This document shows positions 35,403-46,200 of a DNA stretch of 52,497 nt, one piece after another. How positions within the stretch are numbered: the first letter of the stretch is position 1; each line of letters opens with the position of its first letter. A program made the position numbers and the translations under genes. The stretch comes from Candidatus Poseidoniales archaeon (GTDB lineage Archaea > Thermoplasmatota > Poseidoniia > Poseidoniales > Poseidoniaceae). The stretch is taken from NCBI GenBank assembly GCA_013911465.1, contig JACETE010000002.1:1-52497 (forward strand). The letters are read 5' to 3'. The notes below the pieces were generated by a model, which did not search any database, had not been told where the DNA came from, and worked only from the letters and a program-made list of their open reading frames with translations.

Positions 35403-36439
35403 CCGTTCACCACCAATCGACGAACATCAATCTCGAGGAAGAGAGCATTTCCTTGGGTTTCCACGGTCAATCCATCGCTCCCACTTGCTCGTTGATAGGG
35501 TGTAATACCGATGTATTCACCGAGTGTTCCTGCTGCACGATTGATGGTATAATCGTTCAACCAGATGTCATGATATTGGGGGTCAATGACGGAATGAAGC
35601 GTGTTCTTGACTTTGATTTGCAAATTATATGATTCTCCAGTAAACAGCTGGATTGGCCCTTGTGATTCGACTTTGAACCCTACGTTCTGTCCATTACCAA
35701 GGGCACCGTTCAACTGTACGTCGGTAAGAACCAGTGAAAGCCTCGTTGAACCATCAACAAGTGTATCGAGGCGCATGCGAGGTGCTTCTTCGATGGTCCA
35801 AGATGAGCGAGGGTCTTTCGAAATGCGAGCATCATTGATGAGTGCGATTTCATTCATACCTCCATCAATGGCAGTGCTGATGCTCAATCCCGAGAGGACG
35901 AATCGTGACCACCGGTGAACATGTTCACCGCCTGCGTCGTAAAAGTCGATGATAAGGAACGTTTCACTGTCAAGATTATGATCGACGGTGGTCCAATCAA
36001 AACCCGAATTAACGGCAAATTCGGATGTAGTGGTTGGATTATGAACTGCAATATCAGTGACGGACTCGTTCAATGCAAGGAATTCGAATGAAGAGGCGTT
36101 TAATTCAACGACACTTACAACTTCATGGGGGGTTAAATCCGATGCTATCACCCACTCTTCAACAAGATTTGCCGCATTGATTGACGATGAACGAAGCGAA
36201 AGAGCCTGTCGTGTCCCTGTTCCTTCTGGCGAATCACCAACAACATCGATTCGATCTTCAACACGATCTGCTATGTTGCTTGCACTGTTCCAATTGGTAT
36301 TGTCATGGAAGGCATCGATGTATGGATTGAGAAAGACCCAGACCCCTCCCATAATGGTGATGACCATTGCAAGCATCATGATGACGCCGAGGATTTCACT
36401 GACGGCATCATCATCTTTTGCAGTAATCTGGCGACGCAT
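35399..36439 (-). CDS. 346-aa protein with an archaeal type IV pilin N-terminal domain (DUF1628-like)
   Basis: The N-terminus is MRRQITAKDDDAVSEILGVIMMLAMVITIMGGVWVFL. An SD-like GGGGG (36446..36450, minus strand) lies 6 nt upstream of the ATG. Confidence 0.75.
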   Translation of the reverse strand: MRRQITAKDDDAVSEILGVIMMLAMVITIMGGVWVFLNPYIDAFHDNTNWNSASNIADRVEDRIDVVGDSPEGTGTRQALSLRSSSINAANLVEEWVIASDLTPHEVVSVVELNASSFEFLALNESVTDIAVHNPTTTSEFAVNSGFDWTTVDHNLDSETFLIIDFYDAGGEHVHRWSRFVLSGLSISTAIDGGMNEIALINDARISKDPRSSWTIEEAPRMRLDTLVDGSTRLSLVLTDVQLNGALGNGQNVGFKVESQGPIQLFTGESYNLQIKVKNTLHSVIDPQYHDIWLNDYTINRAAGTLGEYIGITPYQRASGSDGLTVETQGNALFLEIDVRRLVVNG

Positions 36440-36504
36440 CTCAATCCCCCTTGTTCTTCGTAGGTCTTCCGTTGCATTTAGGCATTGACCTCAAGGTCGT
36501 TGTT

Positions 36505-37335
36505 TCACGGCAATTCTCGTTGAATCCTCTGAATTGCATTTGTAGCGAATCCATCTCCATCACGTCTGCCGATAAAGTGGGAAAATTGAGGTCCATCTTG
36601 CATGGAAATATTGATGTCGCCTTCAAACACTTCCTCAATTTCGAACAGCACCGTTGATTCTGCCAGGTGAGGTGCATTGTTCATCTCAGAAAGGTGTGTC
36701 AGTGTGATTGTACGTGTTGCATCCGTGCAAACCTGATTGAGGAATTCTCCTGTCTGTGCATTTGACAAGTGCCCTCCTCTTCCTGAGATTCGGTCTTTGA
36801 GCGATGAGGGATATGGGCCCGACATCAGGCGGTTACGATCATAATTCGCCTCAACAGCGATGTGTTGGCAACCACGTACATGATGGACAAGTTCATCGGT
36901 CCAACTCCCCAGGTCTGTGATGATTGCCGAGCGCTCACCGCCATGACTTGCTACAAACGCTACATTGTCTGCACCAGAATGTGGCACAGGGACGGGAAGG
37001 AGTGATATTCCTTGGTCGAATTGTAGAACATCAAGTGCTTCAAAGTGATGTGTTAATTCTGCACGAAGCCCGAGTTCAGCCGCTGTTCGATGATTTGCAA
37101 AGACTGGTATTCCCCACCGCTTTTGTGCTATCAAAGCGCCTCCACCATGGTCTCCATGGTGATGCGTAATGACAATCGCATCCAAATCGGAAGGAGAGAC
37201 ATCAAGCATGTTGAGTCGTTTTTCGAGTTGAACACCACTGAACCCTTGATCGACGAGGATATGAGCCGAACCTGAGCTGAGAAGTGTGGCGTTGCCACGA
37301 CTACCCGTCCCGAGGTGCGTAATTGACATACCCAT
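36505..37335 (-). CDS. Metallo-beta-lactamase-fold hydrolase (PhnP/YycJ-like, COG1235 type)
   Basis: 276 aa. The motif VITHHHGDHGGG (HxHxDH) is present, with downstream His/Asp ligands (PVPHSG, TDLG, LTHLS). There is no signal peptide. It lies 65 nt upstream of, and co-oriented with, the pilin-like genes. Confidence 0.85.
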   Translation of the reverse strand: MGMSITHLGTGSRGNATLLSSGSAHILVDQGFSGVQLEKRLNMLDVSPSDLDAIVITHHHGDHGGGALIAQKRWGIPVFANHRTAAELGLRAELTHHFEALDVLQFDQGISLLPVPVPHSGADNVAFVASHGGERSAIITDLGSWTDELVHHVRGCQHIAVEANYDRNRLMSGPYPSSLKDRISGRGGHLSNAQTGEFLNQVCTDATRTITLTHLSEMNNAPHLAESTVLFEIEEVFEGDINISMQDGPQFSHFIGRRDGDGFATNAIQRIQRELP

Positions 37336-37498
37336 GCGAATCGTTCATGGGCGAGTGCAGACGGATATTGAATACACCGCCTAGTGGGGATGGATTTGAC
37401 GTGTTTTCGGTCATAAATCAGAACACGGTGTATGAACAACGCTCCATCATTGCTATAAGCGTGGAGACAAGGAGTTTCGATAGGGCGTTCGGCCGTAG

Positions 37499-40400
37499 GT
37501 GAATTTGTTGCGTAGAAGCCAGACCACATTACTCACCACTTTGGCCGTTATCGCAGGTCTTCTCTTCATGTCTCAGTTTCCTGCGATCTCTCCGGTCAAC
37601 CACGTTCGTCCGGACGAGACAACGGGTGAAGGGCCAAAAACAACAGATTTCGACGGCGATGGCATTCCCGACGTTCATGAGAGCATCTTTGAAGACTGGG
37701 TCAACTTTTCTGCAGTCGATGGTCGATTGGTTCAGATGAAGGGCTTGGACAAAGACAACGCAGCAGATGCAAATTACGATACTGACCGTGACGGATTAAA
37801 CAATACAGAAGAGTATTGTTGGCCATATCCTGACAACTGTAACGATCCTGGTTTTGCTCGTGGATTAACGGGTATGCTTGATGAAAACGGAGAGCGAATG
37901 TACCTCGACCCACGGGTTTCTGATACGGATGGTGATGGTATGCCAGATGGTTTTGAAGTTTGGATGTGTGATCGTGCAGGTGGTTTTGATGAAGTTACTC
38001 AGCGATACGTTTGCCCGTATTTCGATCCTCTCAATGCAAGCGATGCAACAGACGATCCTGATGAAGATGGATTCGATGTCAATCGGGACGGCTTCCTTTC
38101 CGTTGCTGAACAATACACTTCTCCAGAGGAATACCGATACGGTATGCCGGCGAACTTTACGACGGAACTTGACGGATTGTGGTGCTATGCAACGTTGCCA
38201 CAGGGTTCAGTTCTAACACAGTGGCCATTCATCACCAACGGATTAAATGCTTCTTTCACCAATCTTTTGTCTGCTTGTACGACTAACGCTACTGGTGTTG
38301 TCGGAGAAGATCTGTGGTTGGGTACTGACCCACTACTCGATGATTCCGACAGGTACAGTTGGGATGGATTTGCAGTACGGCCGCTCTATCCTTCGTTTGG
38401 TGATGGAATGCCAGATGGGTGGGAAGTTCACTTTGGTTTGGATCCATTAAATCGTTCCAATGCATTGCTCGATGACGATCGTGATGGTTGGGATTTGAAT
38501 CGTGACGGGCTCGTTTCAGCAGATGTAAGCAGGACAGATTCAGCCTTGAATCTCGGCGAGGCGTTGTCGAATCTTGAAGAATATTACATCCACAATGACG
38601 AAGGAAATACAGTGCGTTCTGGCCTACGTGAAGTTCAACTCGGAGTCAACGATTCCTCTTTCCACGAGTATCCCCTGACCTTCAACGCAGTTCCTGGAAA
38701 CCCCTCGATTATGCACCACGATGTCCGAAGCATCTTGGTCGATGACTCTACGGCGCACTACCTTACTCGTTACGGACTTACAAGCATCGACTATGCAACT
38801 GACACCACCCAAGATTACTGGTTCCCTCAGGGGATCATCGGTCATGAGGCCGTATTTGTTGAGAGCGACACTGGCCCACATTCGATAGCCATTGCAACCT
38901 CGCATGGTGTTCATGTTGCTGCGATTCAGGTTGATGGATTCATCGAACCATTGGAATCATGGTCTTCATCTGAACCCGTAGAAGTATTTGCAATTCATCA
39001 ACTCGCCATTGAAGGTTCGAGTCAGCAACTCATCACGCTCGGTGCGAACGGGGACGGAATGGTTCTCGAGGTTAGTTCAGGTGGACAGATCACACAAACG
39101 TACGATATCGGTGCGAACTTCAAATCCGCATTGATGGACGACAGTGTCGTCGTGACTGAGTTGGAACACGGAACAGTTCCTGGTGGTGGTCTTGTCCTCT
39201 ACGTGGGCACTGAGCGTGGGATGATGACCCTTGAATCAGCAACAGGACGAGACGATGCATCGCCTTCATGGCGCTTCTTCTTCGATGCCAATCCTTCGGA
39301 CATTCCCAACCGAATCGATGATTTGAGATCGCTCAACTTGGGGGCAACTGGAAATCCTGCTGAAGTGCAAACGCTACGACTCGATGGCCCGAATGAACAA
39401 AACCCCACCGTGCTCTGGATTGGGACTCCTTCTGGTTTGCATAGGTTAAATCTCGAACTCAATGACATGTCCTTTGGTGGTTTGCTCGAACACCCTGGAT
39501 CAAATGCCGATGAATTAGCGAAATCAAACAACATTCATGCTGTTTATCCAACCGGAAATGAACTCCTCGTGGGCTCCTCTGCCGGACTTTGGGTTCTCGC
39601 TGGAAACTATCTCGATGTTTATGGCTTGCAAACGAATTCTGAGATGCCCGGGGAAATAGCATCCATTTCAACGATTGAACGTGATGGTGAGGTGTACATA
39701 CTTGGTGCTGTCGCGCCGGGCCGATTTGCAAATCTCGAACTCATGGATCCCGGTGCCAACGACTCCGATAGCGATGGGATGCCGGACGGTTGGGAGCTTG
39801 TCTATGGCTTGGACCCTACCGATCCTTGGGATGCATTACTCGATGGTGACGTCGATGGCCTTCGACTCAATGAAGGTGGAGAGCTAGACCGTTGGTGGAC
39901 AAATCTGGAAGAGTACCGTTACGTAGCAAGAACTGATGAGGGATACAACTCAACCCTCCCCAATCAGAGTGACTCAGACATGGATGGATTAATGGATGGT
40001 TCAGAATACTTTGGTTACTTTTTGAGTGAGACGAATTTCGATTGCTATTATGACCCTCAACTCGTCTACATCTGTGACGAATCACTCGGTGAACAAGCAC
40101 GTACAACCTATCAGAACTCCAACTCTGTTGATGTTGGAACCGATCCAACGGTGATGGATACCGATGGCGATGGAATGCCCGATGGCTGGGAAATACAACA
40201 TCGTCGTTGGGTTGGAAATTCCTTCAACGGTGGAAACAACTGGTCATTGGACCCAACTCGGGCTGAGGATGCTGCATGGGATGCTGACCGAGATGGTCTT
40301 GCGAACCTTTGTGAATATCAGTGGTCACTTGTCCGAGAAGCAGGTCTCAACGGTGATCTGTTCGAAGAGTTCGGTGAAACCGCAGAATCGGTAGCAACGT

Positions 40401-43249
40401 GGTCAATACCCGATCCCAATCTGGTGGATTCCGATGGTGATACACTGCCCGATGGCTGGGAAGCAGATGGCCAATGCACATGGTCTCCTCTTCGTATTGG
40501 TGTGAATCCTCTAAACGGCTCAGACATGTTTGAGAATCCTGACGGAGATGGTTATGATGTTAACAAAGACGGTATTCTTACTCCAAATGAAATGTTTGTC
40601 AATTATCTTGAGTATCATCTCCGATTTGGTTTGTTCACAAACAATCAGTCCTCTGACGGAACTGAGCTACCAAATGGATTCGTGACAGATTTATTCAACA
40701 ACATCTCAGACTTTGGAACTCCAGAAGCCGACTTTGCTTCCCGAGCAAGTGGTGCTATACTCGCAGGTCAAATCGCGATTGAGAAAGGATCAACCGATCC
40801 ATTCAGTGCTGACTCCGATGATGATGGTATGCCAGATGGCTGGGAAATTTGGTTTGCTCGATGGAATGTAATCGATGACGAGTGGACGCTTAATCCACTG
40901 CAACCAAGTGACCGGTGGCTCGATGCTGATGATGACGGTATGACCAATTGGGAAGAATACAATCTCATTGACTCCGACCTTTCAGAAACCAACACGAACC
41001 GTTCTTCCCCCCAATGGTTTGTTACAACTCTCGGTTCAGCATATGCCTTCCAACAGTGGCCTTCAGCCTCGACAACCTTCTCCTTTGGAACCTACATGAC
41101 AAGCGATCAATACAATTTGACTGGGCCAACAGGCGACCCGAACAACGTTGACACCGATGGCGACGGAATCATTGATGGACTTGAATTGCTCTTTACGGCA
41201 TGGAATCTCTCAGCAGAAACATGGACTCTAAATCCAGTCGTTGCTGGCGATGGTACGTTTGACAGTGATAATGACGGATTGGTCGACCTCCAAGAATTCG
41301 CTTTGGCTACATCGAACCCAGAAAATGGAATCGATGCGCCTGCAGATGCTCCATTATTGCACGAAGATGGTGATGTCCAACAACCAACAAAGAAGGCGCA
41401 ACGTGTGTTCCAAATCCTCATCTCAAAAGATTCTCGAGGAAAGCGTCTACTCGACGATTTCAACGCTTGGCAATCCGGGGAACCTCCGAATGTGTTCATT
41501 TCATTGTTGCTTGGAATGACCGATCCAACCAATCCAGATACCGATGATGATGGAATGTACGATGGCTTCGAGTATTGGTTCACTTCATGGGATTTAAACG
41601 AAAACCGATGGGGTCTCAATCCATTAATTGAAACAGACGTGAACCTCGATTCTGATGGAGACAGTTACGATTGCAACCGTGACGGTACCATTGACTTGGA
41701 TGAACGATATTCCAACCTTCGTGAATGGGAAGCTCGAACATGGGGTAAGTATCTCAATCGAAGTTCTGTTCCCGCTTCAGTTGGAATCGTTGATTTCGGT
41801 GAAGATGCGATGAATGCTTACATGGAGGAAACAGGAGTAAGCGTATTGCAAGCACGTCAAGCCTTGATTGATGACTTCAAGGCAAAAGGACCAGATTCTG
41901 TGAATCGAATGGATACAATCAACTCATTCAACGAGAACAATTTCAACAGAACTCTCGTTGGAGTATCTGACCCAACACACCCTGACTCCGATTCCGATGG
42001 TATTCCCGATGGTTGGGAGTATTGTTACGCATTGTACGGAATGGATAACCCTTCAACAATCAATCATTGGGCTGCAAACCCACTCAACCCTTTCGACGTG
42101 AATTATGACGGTGATTCCGACGGTTGGTACGATCGAATTGCCTTTGATTTACCTGCTCCTCAAGGGGAATGGAATGATCGAGTGTTTACACCTTCGAGCC
42201 AGGTTATCCAACCCGGTATCGGTGACTTGCCGTTCACCAACTGGATGGAATACGACAACGATACACGTCCCGATTCGAACGACAGCGATGGAGACTCAGA
42301 ATCATACATCACAGAAACCTTGAACGGATTGGTAACTTCTCATTACCAAGATTTCAATCTCACCGATGGACGTGAGGTCTTCAAATACGGAACAAACCCG
42401 ATGGATAATGATACAGATGGTGACATGATACCAGATTGGTATGAGTATGCAAAGGCTTGGAATGAATCAAACGATAACTACTCTTCTTTCCTTGAAATAC
42501 GAGTCAATTGGATTGATCCTGCAACAGGAGGTCCATGCGATACATCCACAAATTCATGCTTACCTCTTTCCCTAAATGCAGGAACACTCGAACGTCCTGA
42601 TCTTTCCTTTACATGGTTTACAATGGATCCACGTAACGCTGTCGATGCCAACGATGATGCAGATCAAGACGGTAATTGGGATTGTTCAGGTGTTGGATGT
42701 ACCTACGAACCATACACAAATTTCCAGGAATATTTTGCCATCACCGCTGAGGCGCTCTCAAGCCCGAATGCAGTACGACTCTCTGGATTGACATATCAGG
42801 GTGAAGTTATCGAAGAAGGTTGGCAACTACGTGCTCTTTTGCTTGGAATTGGGCAATGGGATGAGGGCGTCAGAAATTATCTTAAAATGGACAAATCACA
42901 GAGCTCCGATTTCCGCTATGCCTACATTGTCAATGACAATGACAACGACTTCTTGGTTCAGGATGAATCAAATCACATCGTATTGTGCGGCGGTAACCTC
43001 ACTGACCCTTGGGAGATTTACTACACTGGTGCACCCAACACGGCTCCGGTTCGTGCTGTAGGAGAGCATGAATTTGGTTGGTATCTCTTGGATTTCAACA
43101 ACGATCACGTTGCTGAAGGCACCGACCCAACCAACTGGGACACGGATGGGGATTGGATGGTTGACTGGTTCGAAGTGAACGATGACGAACAAGACGGAAG
43201 CAGGGGCGAAACTTCCCCAATCCGGTATGATTCACGTCAAACCACCTAG
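37499..43249 (+). CDS. Giant (1916 aa) secreted protein with about a dozen thrombospondin-type-3-like Ca-binding repeats (DxDxDG-MPDGWE) and a central propeller-like region
   Basis: A GTG start is needed to retain the signal peptide (LLTTLAVIAGLLFMSQFPA), because an in-frame TAG lies immediately upstream. Repeats include DTDGDGMPDGFEVW, DSDSDGMPDGWELVYGLDP, DTDGDGMPDGWEIQH, DSDDDGMPDGWEIWF, DSDSDGIPDGWEYCY and DTDGDMIPDWYEY. Reg_prop-like strings are IGTPSGLHRLNL and VGSSAGLWVLAGN. No C-terminal TM is present. Confidence 0.85.
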   Translation: MNLLRRSQTTLLTTLAVIAGLLFMSQFPAISPVNHVRPDETTGEGPKTTDFDGDGIPDVHESIFEDWVNFSAVDGRLVQMKGLDKDNAADANYDTDRDGLNNTEEYCWPYPDNCNDPGFARGLTGMLDENGERMYLDPRVSDTDGDGMPDGFEVWMCDRAGGFDEVTQRYVCPYFDPLNASDATDDPDEDGFDVNRDGFLSVAEQYTSPEEYRYGMPANFTTELDGLWCYATLPQGSVLTQWPFITNGLNASFTNLLSACTTNATGVVGEDLWLGTDPLLDDSDRYSWDGFAVRPLYPSFGDGMPDGWEVHFGLDPLNRSNALLDDDRDGWDLNRDGLVSADVSRTDSALNLGEALSNLEEYYIHNDEGNTVRSGLREVQLGVNDSSFHEYPLTFNAVPGNPSIMHHDVRSILVDDSTAHYLTRYGLTSIDYATDTTQDYWFPQGIIGHEAVFVESDTGPHSIAIATSHGVHVAAIQVDGFIEPLESWSSSEPVEVFAIHQLAIEGSSQQLITLGANGDGMVLEVSSGGQITQTYDIGANFKSALMDDSVVVTELEHGTVPGGGLVLYVGTERGMMTLESATGRDDASPSWRFFFDANPSDIPNRIDDLRSLNLGATGNPAEVQTLRLDGPNEQNPTVLWIGTPSGLHRLNLELNDMSFGGLLEHPGSNADELAKSNNIHAVYPTGNELLVGSSAGLWVLAGNYLDVYGLQTNSEMPGEIASISTIERDGEVYILGAVAPGRFANLELMDPGANDSDSDGMPDGWELVYGLDPTDPWDALLDGDVDGLRLNEGGELDRWWTNLEEYRYVARTDEGYNSTLPNQSDSDMDGLMDGSEYFGYFLSETNFDCYYDPQLVYICDESLGEQARTTYQNSNSVDVGTDPTVMDTDGDGMPDGWEIQHRRWVGNSFNGGNNWSLDPTRAEDAAWDADRDGLANLCEYQWSLVREAGLNGDLFEEFGETAESVATWSIPDPNLVDSDGDTLPDGWEADGQCTWSPLRIGVNPLNGSDMFENPDGDGYDVNKDGILTPNEMFVNYLEYHLRFGLFTNNQSSDGTELPNGFVTDLFNNISDFGTPEADFASRASGAILAGQIAIEKGSTDPFSADSDDDGMPDGWEIWFARWNVIDDEWTLNPLQPSDRWLDADDDGMTNWEEYNLIDSDLSETNTNRSSPQWFVTTLGSAYAFQQWPSASTTFSFGTYMTSDQYNLTGPTGDPNNVDTDGDGIIDGLELLFTAWNLSAETWTLNPVVAGDGTFDSDNDGLVDLQEFALATSNPENGIDAPADAPLLHEDGDVQQPTKKAQRVFQILISKDSRGKRLLDDFNAWQSGEPPNVFISLLLGMTDPTNPDTDDDGMYDGFEYWFTSWDLNENRWGLNPLIETDVNLDSDGDSYDCNRDGTIDLDERYSNLREWEARTWGKYLNRSSVPASVGIVDFGEDAMNAYMEETGVSVLQARQALIDDFKAKGPDSVNRMDTINSFNENNFNRTLVGVSDPTHPDSDSDGIPDGWEYCYALYGMDNPSTINHWAANPLNPFDVNYDGDSDGWYDRIAFDLPAPQGEWNDRVFTPSSQVIQPGIGDLPFTNWMEYDNDTRPDSNDSDGDSESYITETLNGLVTSHYQDFNLTDGREVFKYGTNPMDNDTDGDMIPDWYEYAKAWNESNDNYSSFLEIRVNWIDPATGGPCDTSTNSCLPLSLNAGTLERPDLSFTWFTMDPRNAVDANDDADQDGNWDCSGVGCTYEPYTNFQEYFAITAEALSSPNAVRLSGLTYQGEVIEEGWQLRALLLGIGQWDEGVRNYLKMDKSQSSDFRYAYIVNDNDNDFLVQDESNHIVLCGGNLTDPWEIYYTGAPNTAPVRAVGEHEFGWYLLDFNNDHVAEGTDPTNWDTDGDWMVDWFEVNDDEQDGSRGETSPIRYDSRQTT

Positions 43250-43298
43250 TGACGGCTAAACAAACGCTTGATAATCCCTCCTGCACTGCATTGGTAAT

Positions 43299-46200
43299 AT
43301 GAGTGTAAACGCTGTATCCCAACGTTCCATTGCGGTAGTGCTTCTTGCACTGTTTGTGGGCATGAGTTTTTCTCCTCTCAGCGAATTGTGGATCGAAGAA
43401 GCAGAGGCTGCGGAAGTTGCACGACACACCTACGAATTCAGCGATGGTACCACTGAATACATCGCACTATACCAAGGCGGAAACGCTGATTCTGGCGCCA
43501 AGATCGCCCTGCCGAAAGGTGCACAAGTAACCGATGTTCAAATGACACTGTCAGGAGCATCTGCAACCGGTTGGTCTTCAATTCCAACGAACACTCGTGA
43601 GCACTGGGTCGCTGGAGAAGCAACAAACACCGATAACCAAAGTGCAGACCTCACCCTTGCCATGGCCAATTCAAGTCATGAGTTCAACGCACATGGACTG
43701 GATGAAGATGTTAACCCATCGAGCACTGCTTGGTTGGACAATGGGACCTATGCAGTTCGACAACCTCACACATCAAATTCAACGGATGCTTTATTCTCGC
43801 AACAACTTAAACTCAGTCCAAATTCACTCAATGCTCAAGGACAAGGAGCAATCCTTCGCCATCATGATTGGTTGTACCTTTCCACTTGGTCATCCACATC
43901 CTTCCACAACATTGTACACCGACTCCACCCAAACAACGGTACTCGTGAGAGTGTGATCACGCTCGATCAGAATGGATGTACTCTTCCCACAAAGCACTCC
44001 TCCTCCTATTACGGTCAGTGGGGTTTCAGAGATTGGGTAGTGACCGATGACGAGCGATTGTTTGCTATTCTTTCTGGCTACAAGTACTTCTACACTTCAA
44101 CAGCGAATACGATGTATCACCGAATCATCGAATTTGATATCTCAAACGAGAAAGAGTGGACATGTCTCAATTCATATCAACCTCAAGGCAATGGGGATTA
44201 CACAGGAATCACCTACGATCCAGTCGATGAAACCATCTGGGTATTGCATAATCAGAATCGTAGAATACAATCCTATACGATTAGTTCAACAGGCGATATG
44301 GAACGAGGTGGTGATTACTTTACCTTCCAAACTTCAACTTCCTCCATTTGGCAGTGTGGAGTGAGCAATCAACAAGCACGTGGTTTGGAAATGAACCAAA
44401 CCCACTTTTTCATGCGATGTCAAGATGGAAACTACTACAATGATCGTGACCAACTTGAATCCTGGGGTCGTTCTGGAAGCGCTACGGCGTTGATTCCAGA
44501 GAACACAGTACGAAGCATTTCCTCACTTGGGTACGGCCTCTTCTATGATGGACGACGCTTCATTACAGTTGACTCAGGATACTCAACTTGGTCGAGTTCT
44601 CCCTCGTACCACGAGTTTGGAACCAGTTGGCAGTACAAGACCACACCTGCACCTGGAACAACAACATGGTTAGGTCCAGTCATTGAAACAGCGGACGATG
44701 TTCTCTCAGTCAATATGGAAACGCTCTGGTCGGCAGCATCGATTGGTGATCGTGTAGATTATTGGGTTTCTGCTGACAACGGTACGCACTGGGTTTCAGT
44801 TGAATCGAATACTACGGTTCATTTCCAACATCCTGGTAAAGAATTGGTATGGAAGGCCACATTGATTGGTTCTACTGCTGTATCATGGTGGGTTGACCTC
44901 GAATATGCTACTGAGTATGAATCGAGTGGTACATGGATTTCTACTGCAAAGCCAACCGGGACAAAGGTAGGCAAAGTTCGTCCAGTTTGGACGGCAACAA
45001 CGCATCCTGCCACTTCGATTTCCGTCCAAGTCTCCAACGATGATGGCTCAACATGGCAACCCGCAGAGAATCTCTTGGAAACAAGTTTCTCAACAGATGG
45101 TGCGGGGAACGTTCTTCGTTATGCAGTCACCATGACTTCAACCGATCCGGTCAAGACACCAATGATGGACAGCCTCGAGTTGTTTTACGAGGAAGGATAT
45201 CCCGATCGTCCACGAATCGACGTAGGAGGAGACGGAAACTTCGATTGGGAAAGCATACTCTTCTTGAATGAATCAGCAATCGATGTCAGCGATGATTCGA
45301 TTGTTGGTGTTGAGGTCGATTATCAGCCAACGTTGGTTGATGCATTCAATGATTTCATACCGGATAACGGTGAAGGGATCGTTGAGGTTCCACTTGCAAT
45401 CAAGGCACAAACATCGGGACGTGTCAAGATAACAAACATCGATATCGCTTACAAAATGAATACGCATGCAATTAGTGCCGCATTTGAAGGTGGAATGGCT
45501 GCGCCTGATGGTATTGCTCGAAACCTCATCCTCAAGGTAGCCCATGGGGATGAAGTTAACTTCGTCACCGAAGTGACCGCTTCCATCAACAATTCCCGTG
45601 GTGACAATCCTACTTTCAAGTGGCAACAAGGCGATTCTTGCAGCACGCTCAATGATGCAGGTGGAATCGTATCCTTCGATACAGCCAATTGTTCATCATC
45701 ATTGGATCAAAATGATGTGCGTACAATTCGAGTTCCGTTAACAGTGGATTGGAGTTGGGATGACGAAGCGGCCACTGAGGCACTTCTCACAGTCAAGGAT
45801 TCATTGGGAACAGCTGTAAGTAATTGGGAAACAGAAGGCATGGAACTCCGAATCGAGAACGATATCCAACTCGATGGCCTGCAAGTCTTTGACGAAGATG
45901 GTAGGCAACTCTTCGTACAGGACTGGGTTCGTGGAGGTCAGAACCTTTCCTTCCTTGGAAAAATTCACTTCCAATCCTCTCAACTCTCTCCTCTTGCTGG
46001 CGAGTTCGATTTGCGTGTTCTTGGACAAAACGTCACCTACGATGGTGATCCAATCGGACAACCGGTGGTGTTGGCTGAAGAATCGAATCCAAATTTCGGA
46101 TCTTACAATCTTACGTTCACCTCTCCGATTGAATCGTCTCCAGGAGGCATGGTCTTCTCAGTTGAAGCAATCAATTTGCCGAATGGTTCTACATTTACCA

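Noticed and set aside
37400-37427. A small inverted repeat, CGTGTT...AACACG (6-bp stem, 16-nt loop containing TCATAAATCA), in the divergent MBL / TSP3-giant intergenic region.
   Set aside because: The stem is short and expected by chance. It could be a promoter-proximal operator, but I cannot support that without conservation data.
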